A stretch of DNA of 59,191 bases, counting the filler, from Circinaria calcarea (lineage: Eukaryota): assembly GCA_051942165.1 (NCBI GenBank). It is 5 parts of 5 records of this genome, joined end to end, with 100 filler letters (N's around TTAATTAATTAA, not from the genome) between each part and the next. Parts side by side here need not be neighbours in the genome. Positions count along the whole stretch, not along the records: positions 1 to 11,772 come from JAVECS010000647.1; positions 11,873 to 23,638 come from JAVECS010000648.1; 3 more parts are not named here. One strand, given 5' to 3'. Both the position numbers and the translations under genes were made by a program. The notes under the pieces are model-generated. The model was not told where the DNA came from, searched no databases, and saw nothing but the letters and a program-made list of their open reading frames with translations. This document shows, in pieces, positions 10,063-21,693 of the stretch. Numbering within the stretch: position 1 is the stretch's first letter; each line of letters begins with the position of its first letter.

Positions 10063-11532
10063 ATGGCGTCCAGCACAACCAACCAGCGCACTTTTCCAGA
10101 CTTGGGGAGATTTTTGCTCAGCCGATGGCGAAATGCGGCTGATACGATCAAGGAAAACTGGGGATTTGATATTGCAACCAACGAGGACCCTGCTCCAGAC
10201 CTGAGAGCTCCAGGTACCGACAGTCACGTAGGGGTTACAGCCATCCAGGATCTGAAAGCCCTTTCGATCAAGTACAGAGGCTGTGGGCGAGCTGTGATTG
10301 CTGCACTCCGCGCACAGGCAGAGCAACGTCAAGGGAAGAAGTTGACGGCTGGCCAAAGACGAAATCGTTGGATCACACCATCGGACATCAAGGCTGTAAA
10401 GGAAGGGCTTGGGGATAGAGTCTTCCCTCGGGGGAATTATGGCGACGACACTGCCTCAGCTGGGGCTGCTGAGAACGCCGATACAGATCGACAGCTTAAG
10501 GTACCGGAGGCCGCTACCATCCCAGACTCAGTCCCAAGCGCTGCACAAAATCCAGAGCTTCTGGAAGCCGGATCTGACCAACATCTTGAAGTATCAGAAC
10601 CTACCGGCGTCTCAGACTCTATGCCTGTTGGTGCACCAGATGGGGATGCAGAGAATGCAAACATCGATCCGCAGCTTTTGGCAACTGCCACTGTTCAACG
10701 ACTTGAGGTAGCAGAGCCTACCGGCGCCTCAGACTCAATTCCTATCATTGCACAAGATGCACATCCAGCTAGAGATACTGAGAGAGCATTAATCGATCGG
10801 GAGGCCGCCACTACACCAGACTTCATTCCGGTCGCTGCACACGATGCAGTTGGTCCCCTCAATTATCCAGTGGGTCAGTTGTTGCAGACCGCCCGCATGT
10901 TGCAAACTGAGTGTGGCACATACTTTCAGGCTGGTCAGATCTCTGCTGAACGAGCTGTAAGTATTGTTGGAGCTACTTTAGTTATCATCGAAACGCTCGA
11001 TAGACTGGCTCAGGATGTAGCCCCGGAGGCGCCCGCATATCAACACCAAGCATCTGAGACCGAAATGGGTTGTCCACGTTTGGAACCCGATAGGTTCTTT
11101 GAGCCGGTACACCTAGAGGAGATTGGGGAACTCTCCCCGGCTGTAAGTCAGAACGATACATACATGTATGGCGGTGTCGGAGACATGAGTGCTGAGAGCC
11201 TCAATAACGATGATATCTCGGATGGAGTTGACGAGGATGAGGACATGGAAGATATAGAGCCGGGGCTAGTCCCCAAAGCCGATCTTCCCCATACCGACGA
11301 ACACGTGGAGGTCAATGAACTCATGGAGGTTGAGGGAACGGAGACTGCCAGCGACCATGATGACCTGGTTCATCAGCTTGATGCCAATGTCTCGGCACCT
11401 AGTACTCATGATTTACTGGTGCAACGAACAGAGCAGATTCAGAGGAGGCTGCAAGATGTTGAGCTTCAGCACCAACTGCAAGAGCGGCAGGAGACTTTAG
11501 AACACGATCTTCGAAGATGCAACCCTTCCTAG
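10063..11532 (+). CDS. Orphan acidic protein (ORF E): globular-looking N-terminus, internal repeats; 3' end probably truncated by mutation
   Basis: ATG at 10063, divergent from ORF B. Repeats QHLEVSEPTGVSDSMP / QRLEVAEPTGASDSIP and EAATIPDSVP / EAATTPDFIP. The frame continues to the contig end through five TAG/TAA stops. Confidence 0.65.
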   Translation: MASSTTNQRTFPDLGRFLLSRWRNAADTIKENWGFDIATNEDPAPDLRAPGTDSHVGVTAIQDLKALSIKYRGCGRAVIAALRAQAEQRQGKKLTAGQRRNRWITPSDIKAVKEGLGDRVFPRGNYGDDTASAGAAENADTDRQLKVPEAATIPDSVPSAAQNPELLEAGSDQHLEVSEPTGVSDSMPVGAPDGDAENANIDPQLLATATVQRLEVAEPTGASDSIPIIAQDAHPARDTERALIDREAATTPDFIPVAAHDAVGPLNYPVGQLLQTARMLQTECGTYFQAGQISAERAVSIVGATLVIIETLDRLAQDVAPEAPAYQHQASETEMGCPRLEPDRFFEPVHLEEIGELSPAVSQNDTYMYGGVGDMSAESLNNDDISDGVDEDEDMEDIEPGLVPKADLPHTDEHVEVNELMEVEGTETASDHDDLVHQLDANVSAPSTHDLLVQRTEQIQRRLQDVELQHQLQERQETLEHDLRRCNPS

Positions 11533-11772
11533 GCTATATCCATCTAGGACTAGGTGAGTGTACTCAGTAAAGAGGAGGACCTCCGGTGTATGATGTATAC
11601 TATGGATATTGCAGAAGAGGAGGACCTTAATAGCTATAGTCGGTTTCGCAAGGGGGACTCTAGGTTAGTAACTCTCCCAGGTGACTAACCTGCATTATAG
11701 GCTCGGCACCGTTTGTCCCATGACTTGGTAATTGGAATGGCTTTCAAGGCTACAAATGAGGAGGACCTAGGG

Positions 11773-11872
11773 NNNNNNNNNNNNNNNNNNNNNNNNNNNN
11801 NNNNNNNNNNNNNNNNTTAATTAATTAANNNNNNNNNNNNNNNNNNNNNNNNNNNNNNNNNNNNNNNNNNNN
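11773..11872. other. Artificial contig spacer
   Basis: N44-TTAATTAATTAA-N44, with stops in all six frames. Confidence 0.99.
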
Positions 11873-12283
11873 GAGGTATCGGGCATTGGGTAATGGGGGA
11901 TGGCGTTTTGGGGAGGGTGTGGAGTACGGAGCGTGTACATTCAACGCCTTGGCCGCACACGATGGTTTTGTCCAGATACATTCAGCGAGCTACTTGGCAA
12001 TATTAATATGTAAGTTTAGAAGAGACACCGGAGCCTGATCTGGGCAAACCAGGTTAGATTGCTGGGCTGGTGAGGACAGCTCGAAGTACAGATTACGACA
12101 TTTGCTATTCTAACGATAATACTGATAACAGATGAGAGCATTCTACTCGTACAAGAGAAATCAACATGAACATAGGACAATATCCGCATCCAGAACTTTC
12201 CCTTTCCCGGTACTAACCAGAAAGAGGCATCGAAAATCACATCTTACCATCCCAACCTTCAACCTGATGTATCTACCCACACT

Positions 12284-13100
12284 TCATTCCTCCGCCTCCC
12301 CGTTCTTCAACCCCTCCTCTTTCACACGACTCTCATCATCCTTGCTATCCCCCTCTTCCACGCCGCTAAACCCCATTCCCTTCCCCGGCCCTCTCTCCAA
12401 ACTCCCTTCTCTCGCATCCGGCACAGCTTGACTTTCCAAGTGCCATTCTTGGATACTCCTGATAATGTCCACGGCCAATTGACCGTTCTTCCGCAGTGCG
12501 TTGTCCCAGTGCTTGGGAATGGTTTCGCTGAGCGTCAGGTACCGCGCCACGCACCCGACCAGCATCTCCCGCATCGGATTATCCTCCTCCGTATTGGCGT
12601 AAATATACTGCACCCTTCTCAAACTGGGGTACGTCTCATTGTTATGGTACCACGCGCGCACCGTCTCCACGACATCATCGCCCAACTTTTCGATCTCGAA
12701 ATTCTCGGCCAGGAGGTAGAGGTCCAGCAGAGGCCCGATTTCCTTCTCCTCGACCGGGTAGCGCAGCGCGCGCGAGTAGAGCCAACCCACGAAGAGCTCG
12801 AAGGTCTGGTCGTCGGAGTCCGGCAGGCCGTAGGCTTTGGACGAGGCGGACTGGGAGCCGGATTTGTTGTAGAAGGTTTGGCGGAAGAAGGGGGAGTGGT
12901 GGCAGAGGAGCTTCTCGTGCAGGATCCATTGGGTGGAGTCGGGGCCGACGTAGATGTCGACCAGGGAGTGGGAGAGGAGTCTGGGAGGGGAGAAGAGAGT
13001 TTAGTAGGATGGGAGATCGGGGGATTTGAGATGTAAGAGATTAGAGGAGAAGTTGGGGATGAACTTACTCGTGAAGCGGTTTCTCCTCCTTGTCAGACAT
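12284..13100 (-). CDS. BTB/POZ domain protein
   Basis: Exon 1 13100-13069 (MSDKEEKPLH), GTAAGT..CTAAAC..CAG intron 12981-13068, then LVDIYVG...WILHEKLLCHHSPFF...LPDSDDQTFELFVGWLY...LLDLYLLAE. Confidence 0.9.
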
Positions 13101-13684
13101 GATGAAGGTTAAGGGATGATTTTGCCACGGATCAGGACGTCAATTGAAGAGTAACGGTTAATGCGCTGAAGGTATTAGAGAATGGTATGTATGCGCCTTT
13201 TCCAATTGCTCTCCCAAAAAGAATTAAAGAATATACGGAGTAGGGAGGAATTGAAATGAAGAAATCCAAGATAGATAAATCAAGAGGGGGCTGGAGGCGG
13301 GAAATCTTATTATATGGGCACTTTCTGTGGCTCCAGGCTTTTCGTCGGGGAGGTTGGTTGCGCGGCTTGCAATGACATCGGTGGTCCGTGCTCATCAAAG
13401 CAGGGTTTTTCCGGTGCTGGGGTTTCACGACGGGCGGATATATCGGGTGCTTACTCCGTATGGTAGGCGTTGGAGATCCGGGGATTATCACGTGTTAAAG
13501 AATAACGTAGAAACCGTGGAAGTTTATCGTGGCTTAGTGATGACTACTACTACAAATCAGCTTCACGAACTTACAGAGCTCGACGTTGCGCTGCTCTCAT
13601 TCTACTCAAGGGCGACAGTCCTCCGTATCCAGGATCTTTGACGGCTTTATATCTAGAGACCAGTGGTAGACACGATCTATCGTC

Positions 13685-14698
13685 ATGGCATCCAACGCCT
13701 CCGAAAAAGATACCCCCGACAGCTTCGATCTCATCATAATTCATCATGGAAAGGCGCATACCTTCTCATTCTCCGTAGATGCTACCATCACCGACCTTAC
13801 GAATCGCATCTACGAAGCACTCTCTATTGACCCTCATGTCCAAAAGTTCCTTATTACCCCCAAGGTTGGCCTCCTCAAGACGCCCTTTGCTGATCCAGAG
13901 CTCCGCCTCATCACACTACGAAATAAAAAGATACAATTACTTGCCCCTACACCTGCGGAACTATCCTCGCTCGCCCGTTCCTCTGTTCAAGCAAATCCAT
14001 CTGCGCGCCCATCTCCCCTCAAATCCGCTGCGCCAGCCCGACAGCGTGATTGGCGAAAAACACAGGATGAATCAACCTATACTTTCCAAACATTAATACC
14101 TCTTCCATATCTTCCCAACCCTCAGCGCTCCCTTCGGTTCCTGGAACGCTTACGAGATGATGCGGGCATCAAAGCAAGCATGCGGAAGCATAAGTTTTCC
14201 GTTGGCGTCTTGACAGAGATGAATCCAGCAGAGCATACTACACACGAGAGCAGAACCCTAGGTCTAAATCGCAATAGAGGCGAGATCATCGAACTACGTT
14301 TACGAACCGATGCATATGATGGCTATAGGGATTACAAAGTGATCAGGAAGACATTATGCCATGAGCTGGCGCATAACGTGTTTGGAGAGCACGACAGGAA
14401 TTTCTGGAACCTGACAGGGGAGATCGAGAAGGAGGTTGAGGCGAATGATTGGCGGTCTGACGGACATGCGCTTAGCAATGAAGAATTCTACGATCCGAAT
14501 GATCGAGGGGTGGAGGGAGCTCACGTGGACGGCGGAGGTTGGACGGGAGGGGAGTTTGTACTAGGTACGGCCGGGAACGGGGATGAGAGAGGAAGTGGAC
14601 AAGGGATGAATAGGAGAGAGCTCATGGCGCGGGCAGCGGAGGGGAGAATGAAGCGGGAAAGGGAGCTGGGAGGAGGGAATGGTAGTTCACCGGGATAA
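13685..14698 (+). CDS. WLM (Wss1-like) zinc metalloprotease with N-terminal ubiquitin-like domain
   Basis: LGLNRNRGEIIELRLRTD and TLCHELAHNVFGEHD (HExxH plus third His). UBL-like N-terminus; C-terminal RRELMARAAEGRM (VIM-like). Confidence 0.92.
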   Translation: MASNASEKDTPDSFDLIIIHHGKAHTFSFSVDATITDLTNRIYEALSIDPHVQKFLITPKVGLLKTPFADPELRLITLRNKKIQLLAPTPAELSSLARSSVQANPSARPSPLKSAAPARQRDWRKTQDESTYTFQTLIPLPYLPNPQRSLRFLERLRDDAGIKASMRKHKFSVGVLTEMNPAEHTTHESRTLGLNRNRGEIIELRLRTDAYDGYRDYKVIRKTLCHELAHNVFGEHDRNFWNLTGEIEKEVEANDWRSDGHALSNEEFYDPNDRGVEGAHVDGGGWTGGEFVLGTAGNGDERGSGQGMNRRELMARAAEGRMKRERELGGGNGSSPG

Positions 14699-15617
14699 GG
14701 GCAACCAGTCATCTATCAGCCTTTACTACTTAGATCAAGCACCGAGAGCAGGAAGATTGCATATTTTTAATTACCTTAGCCAGGATAGCATAATCTGCGA
14801 CTAATGACATGTCAGACTGGAAGTACGGTAATTGAGTACCAAACGATGTTAAAACATGGCATGTAAACCTGAAAGACCCTTTGCTCACGCCTTATGAGCA
14901 AAGGGCACGACTCGAGTGTTGAATGCTGACATGAATTGCACACCTAGTGCATAACTTTCACTGGCCTTTATGCAGTCCCTTAGCCGAGGGACTCCAAATA
15001 CATTTAACAAATGCACGTCAATACGGAGTACATGCTAATTCCGGGCTAACCGATAACGTGTGTCAGGAACTTGACGGGATGAACTAGGCATTCGACGCTA
15101 GAGCTTCAGGATGCAAGCCACACGCATCTCCGTTAGCCGCGACTCGCTAATTTAGTTCGAGATGCCCAACTTTGCGGATCTACGGTCCATGTACCTTCAA
15201 GACTCAGCAACGGACCACCTGTCGCTACAAACCGGCATTCCCATCGAGAGAGAGAGACCTTGAGCATACAGCTACAACCATCAATCTTGTCCGAGCTTCG
15301 TACTATCAATCACACCGTCGGCCATTGATGAATGCGCAGCTTCTTAGCCTACCTCTACCCCACGTTGCTCCCATACTTCAGCAGAACCTTGCGGTCTTAT
15401 TAACGGTCGACCAAGTGTGAGGCCTACCACGGAAAGGCACATCGGCTCCATCAGACTCCGTCAACTTCAAGTAGCTTGCTCGTGCGTGAAGATCAAACCC
15501 CCCAATATTACATTCCTGTGAAAGGCAGTAGTGCTTTGCTCTTAGGTCTACATCCAACGTTTCCGTTTGTGTGACCGTCTGCTTCACAACATGCGAACTA
15601 GCTTTAACTAATGCGCA

Positions 15618-18600
15618 ATGGCTTCACGACCTCCACACAACAGCGAGGTGCGTCCTTCGCCGAGAGATCGTACCCCGCCGAGATTCATAGACGGACGCTT
15701 GTCAACTTCCTACAGCGTCCCCTCATCCTCCAGATTTCATGATGGCGCTGGCCGATCGGCTGACTCGAACGGCTATCCTGGCTTCCCTAGAGATTTCCCT
15801 AGAGAACCACCCAAAGGTCCTAAAGCCCAGTTTGATGGGCCACGTGGAGGTGGATTCCCTCAACGGGGCAGAGGCTTTGCCAATCGTGTTGACCCTAGAG
15901 ATCGTGATACGTCGCTCCAGAGGCGGGATGTTCCCGATCGTGAGTGGCGAAGAGAACCGCTTGAGAACCGCGAGCGAAGACCCTCACCAACTGGGCGGAA
16001 CCGGTCAAGATCCCCTGTACCGAGGGATTTTCGAGATACGAGAGACCCACCCCCGAGGAACTTGGATCTGAGTCGAGCGAGAAGAGATTCTCGAGAAGGG
16101 CCTTTATCTGCCACCTCCTCTGCTACCGAAGTCCCGTCTTCAGCAGGCTTACTCGGTCGAGGTACATCACGCAGTCAGGGTCGCGGCGATTTCGATCCCA
16201 GAGGCGGCGGCCGGGGAGTTCTTCCTGACGATCGAGACAATCTTCGTCAGAGAAGTCGATCCCGGGATCGGGCGTGGAGCCGAGATGATCGAAGCCATGA
16301 TCGAGAGTGGGAAACGGGGAGACGTGAAGGCGATGATAGGCACACGAAAGAAGACCCCGACCGAGAAACGGACAGATGGAGAAGAGACGCCGGTACTTAC
16401 AGATCAGATTCTCGAAACTCCAATGGTTCTCGTACCGGACCTTCTACGCCACACGTAGCGCCGGCATCATCATCTTCCCACCAGAACACGGTTGAACGTT
16501 ATGGGACCAAACCATCTACGCTTGGAATCGAAGCAACTCGTAGAGCGTCAAGCAATATTACTGGTCATCATGTTACTGTACCAGGCCTTGACCAGTGTCT
16601 CAAAGACGATAGCCGGAAAGGCAGCATTTCTATACGCAAAGATCCGTATCACAATGTTTATAATGCCAACGCGCCATCATCGCCTCCACAAGCGCCCCAA
16701 GTACCAGCATTCGGCTCGGTAGCATATCATACCATACCCAGAACCGCAACGTCCCAAAATGTGGCCGGTAATTTGCAAACCCCTAGCAAACAGCCAGTAC
16801 CTTTAGGCCCTTCAAGAGCGGAAAAACCTGATCCGATAAAGGTAGCCCCTACAGCACCCAAAGCATTGTCTGGCCTGCCAACAGCACCCAGAGCGGGAAC
16901 TTTAAACAGACAACCACAACATCTCAATTTCGGATCACCCAATCATGGTCATGATCACAGTCCTGACTCACGTAATCCTTCGCAAACGGCGGCACCTCCA
17001 GCATCTAGTCCATCTACCATGAGACATGGCAATACTCAAAGATCCGGTGTCGTCGGTCGCTTCCCTCAAACACCCTTTGCTCAGGCAACGCCTTCGGCGC
17101 GTACTCCCGATCAACGCCTAGCAGGGCAGTTTACATCGCGAGCCAATCACCTCGATACATCGGTGACTGTGGGACATCCTGGTATAAAGCAAAGCAACCA
17201 CTTTGACCTTACAAATACAATGGGTAAGACTCCACCCCGAGCGCCTGCTGCAGCGGGGTCTGCTCAAGGGTCCCCTGGTGGGCTACCTTTTGGGCCACGA
17301 TCTACTCGAGGTCCGGTTTCCTTGCGTACGGCAGCTAATTCGGCCCACGGCCCCTTTCTTCACAAGACCTGGATCAATCCTAACGTGCAAGCGAGGCATG
17401 CTCATCAACCATCGATTATGAATACCGTGCCGCCTACCCTCGGCCCTACCGTGCCTGCAAAGAGAGATTACGCAGGAGAAGCACGGACTTCAGGCTCAAA
17501 TTTCGACCAGACCAGTCAACTAAATGAACGTTTAGCAACTTCCCAAATGCAAGAGCCTTTAACATCAAAGACGGATAAGGCAAACGTAGAGGAACGTGAT
17601 CAAGCGATAGGGCGTTGTCAGTCTGGGATCGTTAGCAGCCCGAAAAGTCCAGAGGTCCAATCCGCGGAAGCTTCTATAAATGGATCTCTTTCAAAGTCTC
17701 TAGTCGAGGACGTACCCATGATTCAAGAAATCGGAGAAGTACCGGAGAAACCTGATAGCGTTAGCGAAGATGAAGAAGTCATGGATGAAGCTTATTATAT
17801 AGAGGCCGAGAAGAAGCACACTCGTGACATGCAGGCTTTAGAAGCCAAAAGACCTGCAACGCCACGCCATCATACTGAGCTCCTTTCTTTGTTGGAAGAA
17901 ATCGATGCACTAGCAAGCGTTGCCGATGATCTTTCGAATGGCGTCATACCGCATCCTCCTAAGTTCGAAGACAAGCTGACAGAGAAACTTTCGCTCGGAT
18001 TGCCTTCCCCCAAGTCAGAGGAAGCTGACAACAATCTAGTTGAGATGGTTGATCGTGCAAGTTCTGAACAGGACACTAGTTCGAGGAGCTCAAGTCCTTC
18101 GATTTCAGGCTTGCCGTATTTGGTTAACGGACCCCCGACTCCATTTTCAGAGATTCGGCCATTGCAAGAAAACCATGATAATCACCAGAAATTCCGGCCT
18201 CACGTTCTCGCTCACGTGGTTAGGCAACGAGATACGGTCGCTTCGGATTTTGCAGATATGAGGTATAAATTCGCGCAACTCTACAAGCCGTGGAAAATGA
18301 GAGTAGATGAATTAGACCGGCAGAAAAAGGCTACATATGACACAATGCATGTGGCTACCTCGCCAGCCCCAGCTATATCTCCAATTGTCCCTCCTACACC
18401 TCTCATAGAAGGAAGAAGGACAGGGAGATTTGTCAGTGAACTTGAACTACAACGTGTAATTGAAGTCTCGAAGATTGCGGCTGAGGCAGAAGAGAATCGA
18501 GAGAAGGAGGCCCAAGACACTCAGGCTCTTGCAGATTTGGAAAAGGAGGCCACCATACCCGATATGCTCCATCACAACGATATAGCACCTAGCATTTTCA

Positions 18601-21600
18601 AAGATACAAATCACTTGATTGAGAGTCGAATGGCCTTGAAAGTTCTTGCGTTCGTACCAGCTCCGGATGACTTCTCTCCCGAAGAGCACAAGCTTTTCAC
18701 GGAGCAATATATGTTGTATCCTAAGAAATGGGGCCAAATCGCGGAAGCTATTCCAGGGCGCGACTATCAGGACTGTATTCAGCATTATTATCTATCTAAG
18801 AAAGAAGCCAATTACAAGGGCCAACTCAGCAAGAGGGTTGGTAAAAAGGGTCGTAAGGTAGCTCGCGGTCCACCGGGCCGCCCTAAATCCAACGCTCTAA
18901 TGTCTGATATGGGTGGTCGAACTCAGTTATATGAAAGCAATGATTTTGAGACGCCACAACTTGCTGTCACAGATACTGGGCGCCCCAAGCGTGCTGCGGC
19001 ACCGACCTTTGGAGACGCCGTACCCGAAGTCGATCCTGTCACACCAGGTCCAACACCTCGTCGTGGTCCTGGAGCGGCCAAAGTCGAGATGACAGGTGAT
19101 CCGGGTGCAGAGAGACCAACAATCAGGCGTACACGAACAACCGTACCAAAGGAAAAGGGTGTCAAGCGCGGAAGAGCCCCTCTGCTTGCAGCTGCTCCTG
19201 GACCATCACCTCAAAAGAAGGATCCAGACGCAACCAGAGCCAGAAGTAAGGAGCCGAAAATTGAAGACGGGCCAAGGGCAAAGGAGATAGAAGAGACTCA
19301 GATACTTTCTAGCTTCCCCGCAGTTCAACCTCCTTCGTCAGTACTACCTCCGAATCATTTTGTGGAGAACTGGCTCAATGCTCCGCCAAAACCCGCAAGT
19401 CAGGTAGTACCGGGCAGACCACCAAGTCAACCGCCGCCACCCTCGCAGCATCAGCAACAGCAGGCCCATCAAGAGCAGCAGCTACAACAGTATCAGCAAC
19501 ATCAACAGCAGCAGCAGAGAAGCACATCTCAGACTTCGAGTTACTGGTCTGTTCCAGAACAAACAGACTTTCTAAATTTGATAGGGCATTTTGGGAGTGA
19601 TTGGCAGGCGATTTCCAATCATTTAAAAAACAAAACGCCAGTGATGGTCAGTGAAGTACTGTTTCCTTATACTTCAAAACTCAGTCATGTAGGTGAAGTA
19701 TGCTAACGGTTGGTATGAACAGGTCAAGAATTATTTCCATCGAACTATTGAAAAGGGGGAGGTTGAATTAGAACATCTTGCAGCTATGGCAGATGACAAG
19801 ATCAAGCGAGGAGTTCAGATGGGCAATCCACCCCAGCCATCCGCCACAACGAAGCGACGATATGAACAAACACCGCAGATGACACCACAACGGATCTTAG
19901 CTCCGAGTACAGAAGTTATGGACTTAGGGAACGAATCCCCTGGACTCCATTCGAGTACCGCGTTTTCGGCTTCTCCTTCACAACCTCCATCGCAGCAAGT
20001 AGGCCAAAATCCACCAAGGCTTGCGCCTCTTCCCCAAAGCTTGAACCCTTCTGCCGCAATGGTAGTACAGCCCGTATCACAAAAGGCACCTGGCACGACT
20101 GGCCGTACTCAAACATCGACTCATCAACAGCAGCGTCCTTCTCGTCAGTCGCTAGGGCCTCAGCTCGGGTATTTCGGAGATAACCGACCCATACTCCAAG
20201 CTCAACCGTCTTCACAAAGACAGCAACCACAACAGCCACAGGAATCTGCTAGCCAGCAGCAGCACAATCAGCGACCGGTGTTGGAGTCTCGAGAATTCCA
20301 GGAAAGATTAGCACGTCAGCACATGGAAAGGCAAGAACAGGACTCACAATTGGCATTAAAAATGATACAACCAGCCGCACCCCAATTGGCGGCAGCTCCT
20401 CAACCACAGGTAAATGACAACCGACAAGCGTTACAGAATCGTGGTGCCCCATCAGCACTTAAAGATGTAGACCGGAGACCACCTCCAAGTATCCAGCAGC
20501 CGATCAGTAATCCCTCCCCACCTAAAATGCGTCGAATGGACTCTTTCGGAAAAGGCTCATACGGTGAAATCTCATTCCAGCCATCCATCAATGCTAGAAA
20601 CCCTATCCTTTCTCCTCCTCAAGAGCCTGCCCGATCGAGTTCTGTTCCAATGAACGTATCTTCTCAGCTGCCACCACCACCACCTCGGCCTCCACCAGTA
20701 CCGGCTAAAAGATCTAATATTATGTCAATTCTCAATGAGGAACCCACAGAACCGCAGCCAAAGAAGACCTTAAGTGAGTCTCGAGTGATTGCACCAACGC
20801 CGCCTCCTCAGTCACCTGCTATGTCCATTCCCCCTTACCGGCAACCTAGCCAACCTTCGCACCGTTTACCGAGGCGTGAGCATCCGGTAGAACCCAGCCA
20901 GCCAATACAGCAGTCACAACGTTTGCCATTTATTCAACCGTCTCAGCAACTCCAAGTGCAACAGGAAACCCATCATCCAGATCAAGTCTCTCAGCCAAGG
21001 GAGTCTGGAAACAGTTGGCAAGCTGTAATTCCGCGGACCATGTATGAACGACCAATGTATCCAGCCCAAGCAGCCAGCTCCCCCCATCAATCAGCGGTGT
21101 ATGCCCAATCGTCGCGGTCCTCTCTTCAACAACTACAACCTCCCCGGGCTCCAAGTCCACCATTACCACCCTCTACACATGCCAGAGGTTCGTCGTATAC
21201 GGGGCTGCACTCGCATCAATCGCAGCAACAACAACCCGTACCTCACAACACTGGTTTGTTACACCGGTCGCCTTACTCTCAAGTATCCCAACATCCCTCG
21301 CAGCTTCAGCCACATCCGCAACAGCCACAACAGCCTCAGCAATCCCAGCAGCCTCAGCAGCCGTCGCAACGTTCGCAGCCAGTCTTTCAGCCCTCTCACC
21401 ATGTCGAGTCTCTTGCACGTCAGCAACTTGAGACATTTCGTCATCAAGAGAATATCCATCATCAGAGTCTACATCAATCGGATTTCCCAGCGCAGGAGGC
21501 TGCAAGGCACCAGGATGCTATATTACAGCGGATGAGACATCAAGAGAGATATCCCATGCAGCAGCAGCAGCATGAGCAGATGAGAAGAGAAGTGGCTGCT

Positions 21601-21693
21601 CCACGCACTTTTACACCACCAGTGTATCATGGAACTTACGGAGCTCCCAGGCAGCAGCATGGCCAGGGCAGAGGGTACGAAGATATGAGATGA
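15618..21693 (+). CDS. SNT1: SNT1-like double SANT/Myb protein (Set3C/NCoR-like scaffold)
   Basis: SANT1 FSPEEHKLFTEQYMLYPKKWGQIAE...DCIQHYYLSK. SANT2 SSYWSVPEQTDF...FGSDWQAIS...KTPVM|VKNYF is split by intron 19647-19722 (GTCAGT..GCTAAC..CAG). Also KRSNIMSILNEE motif. Confidence 0.88.

Noticed and set aside
11572..11768. GAGGAGGACCT x3 as Shine-Dalgarno-like or regulatory boxes
   Set aside because: All three are in frame with ORF E and read EEDL; better explained as coding remnants.
12428..13036. 202-aa antisense ORF over the BTB gene (similarly 8622-9179, 9195-9848, 57483-58040)
   Set aside because: Antisense shadows of real genes caused by codon bias; no independent motifs.
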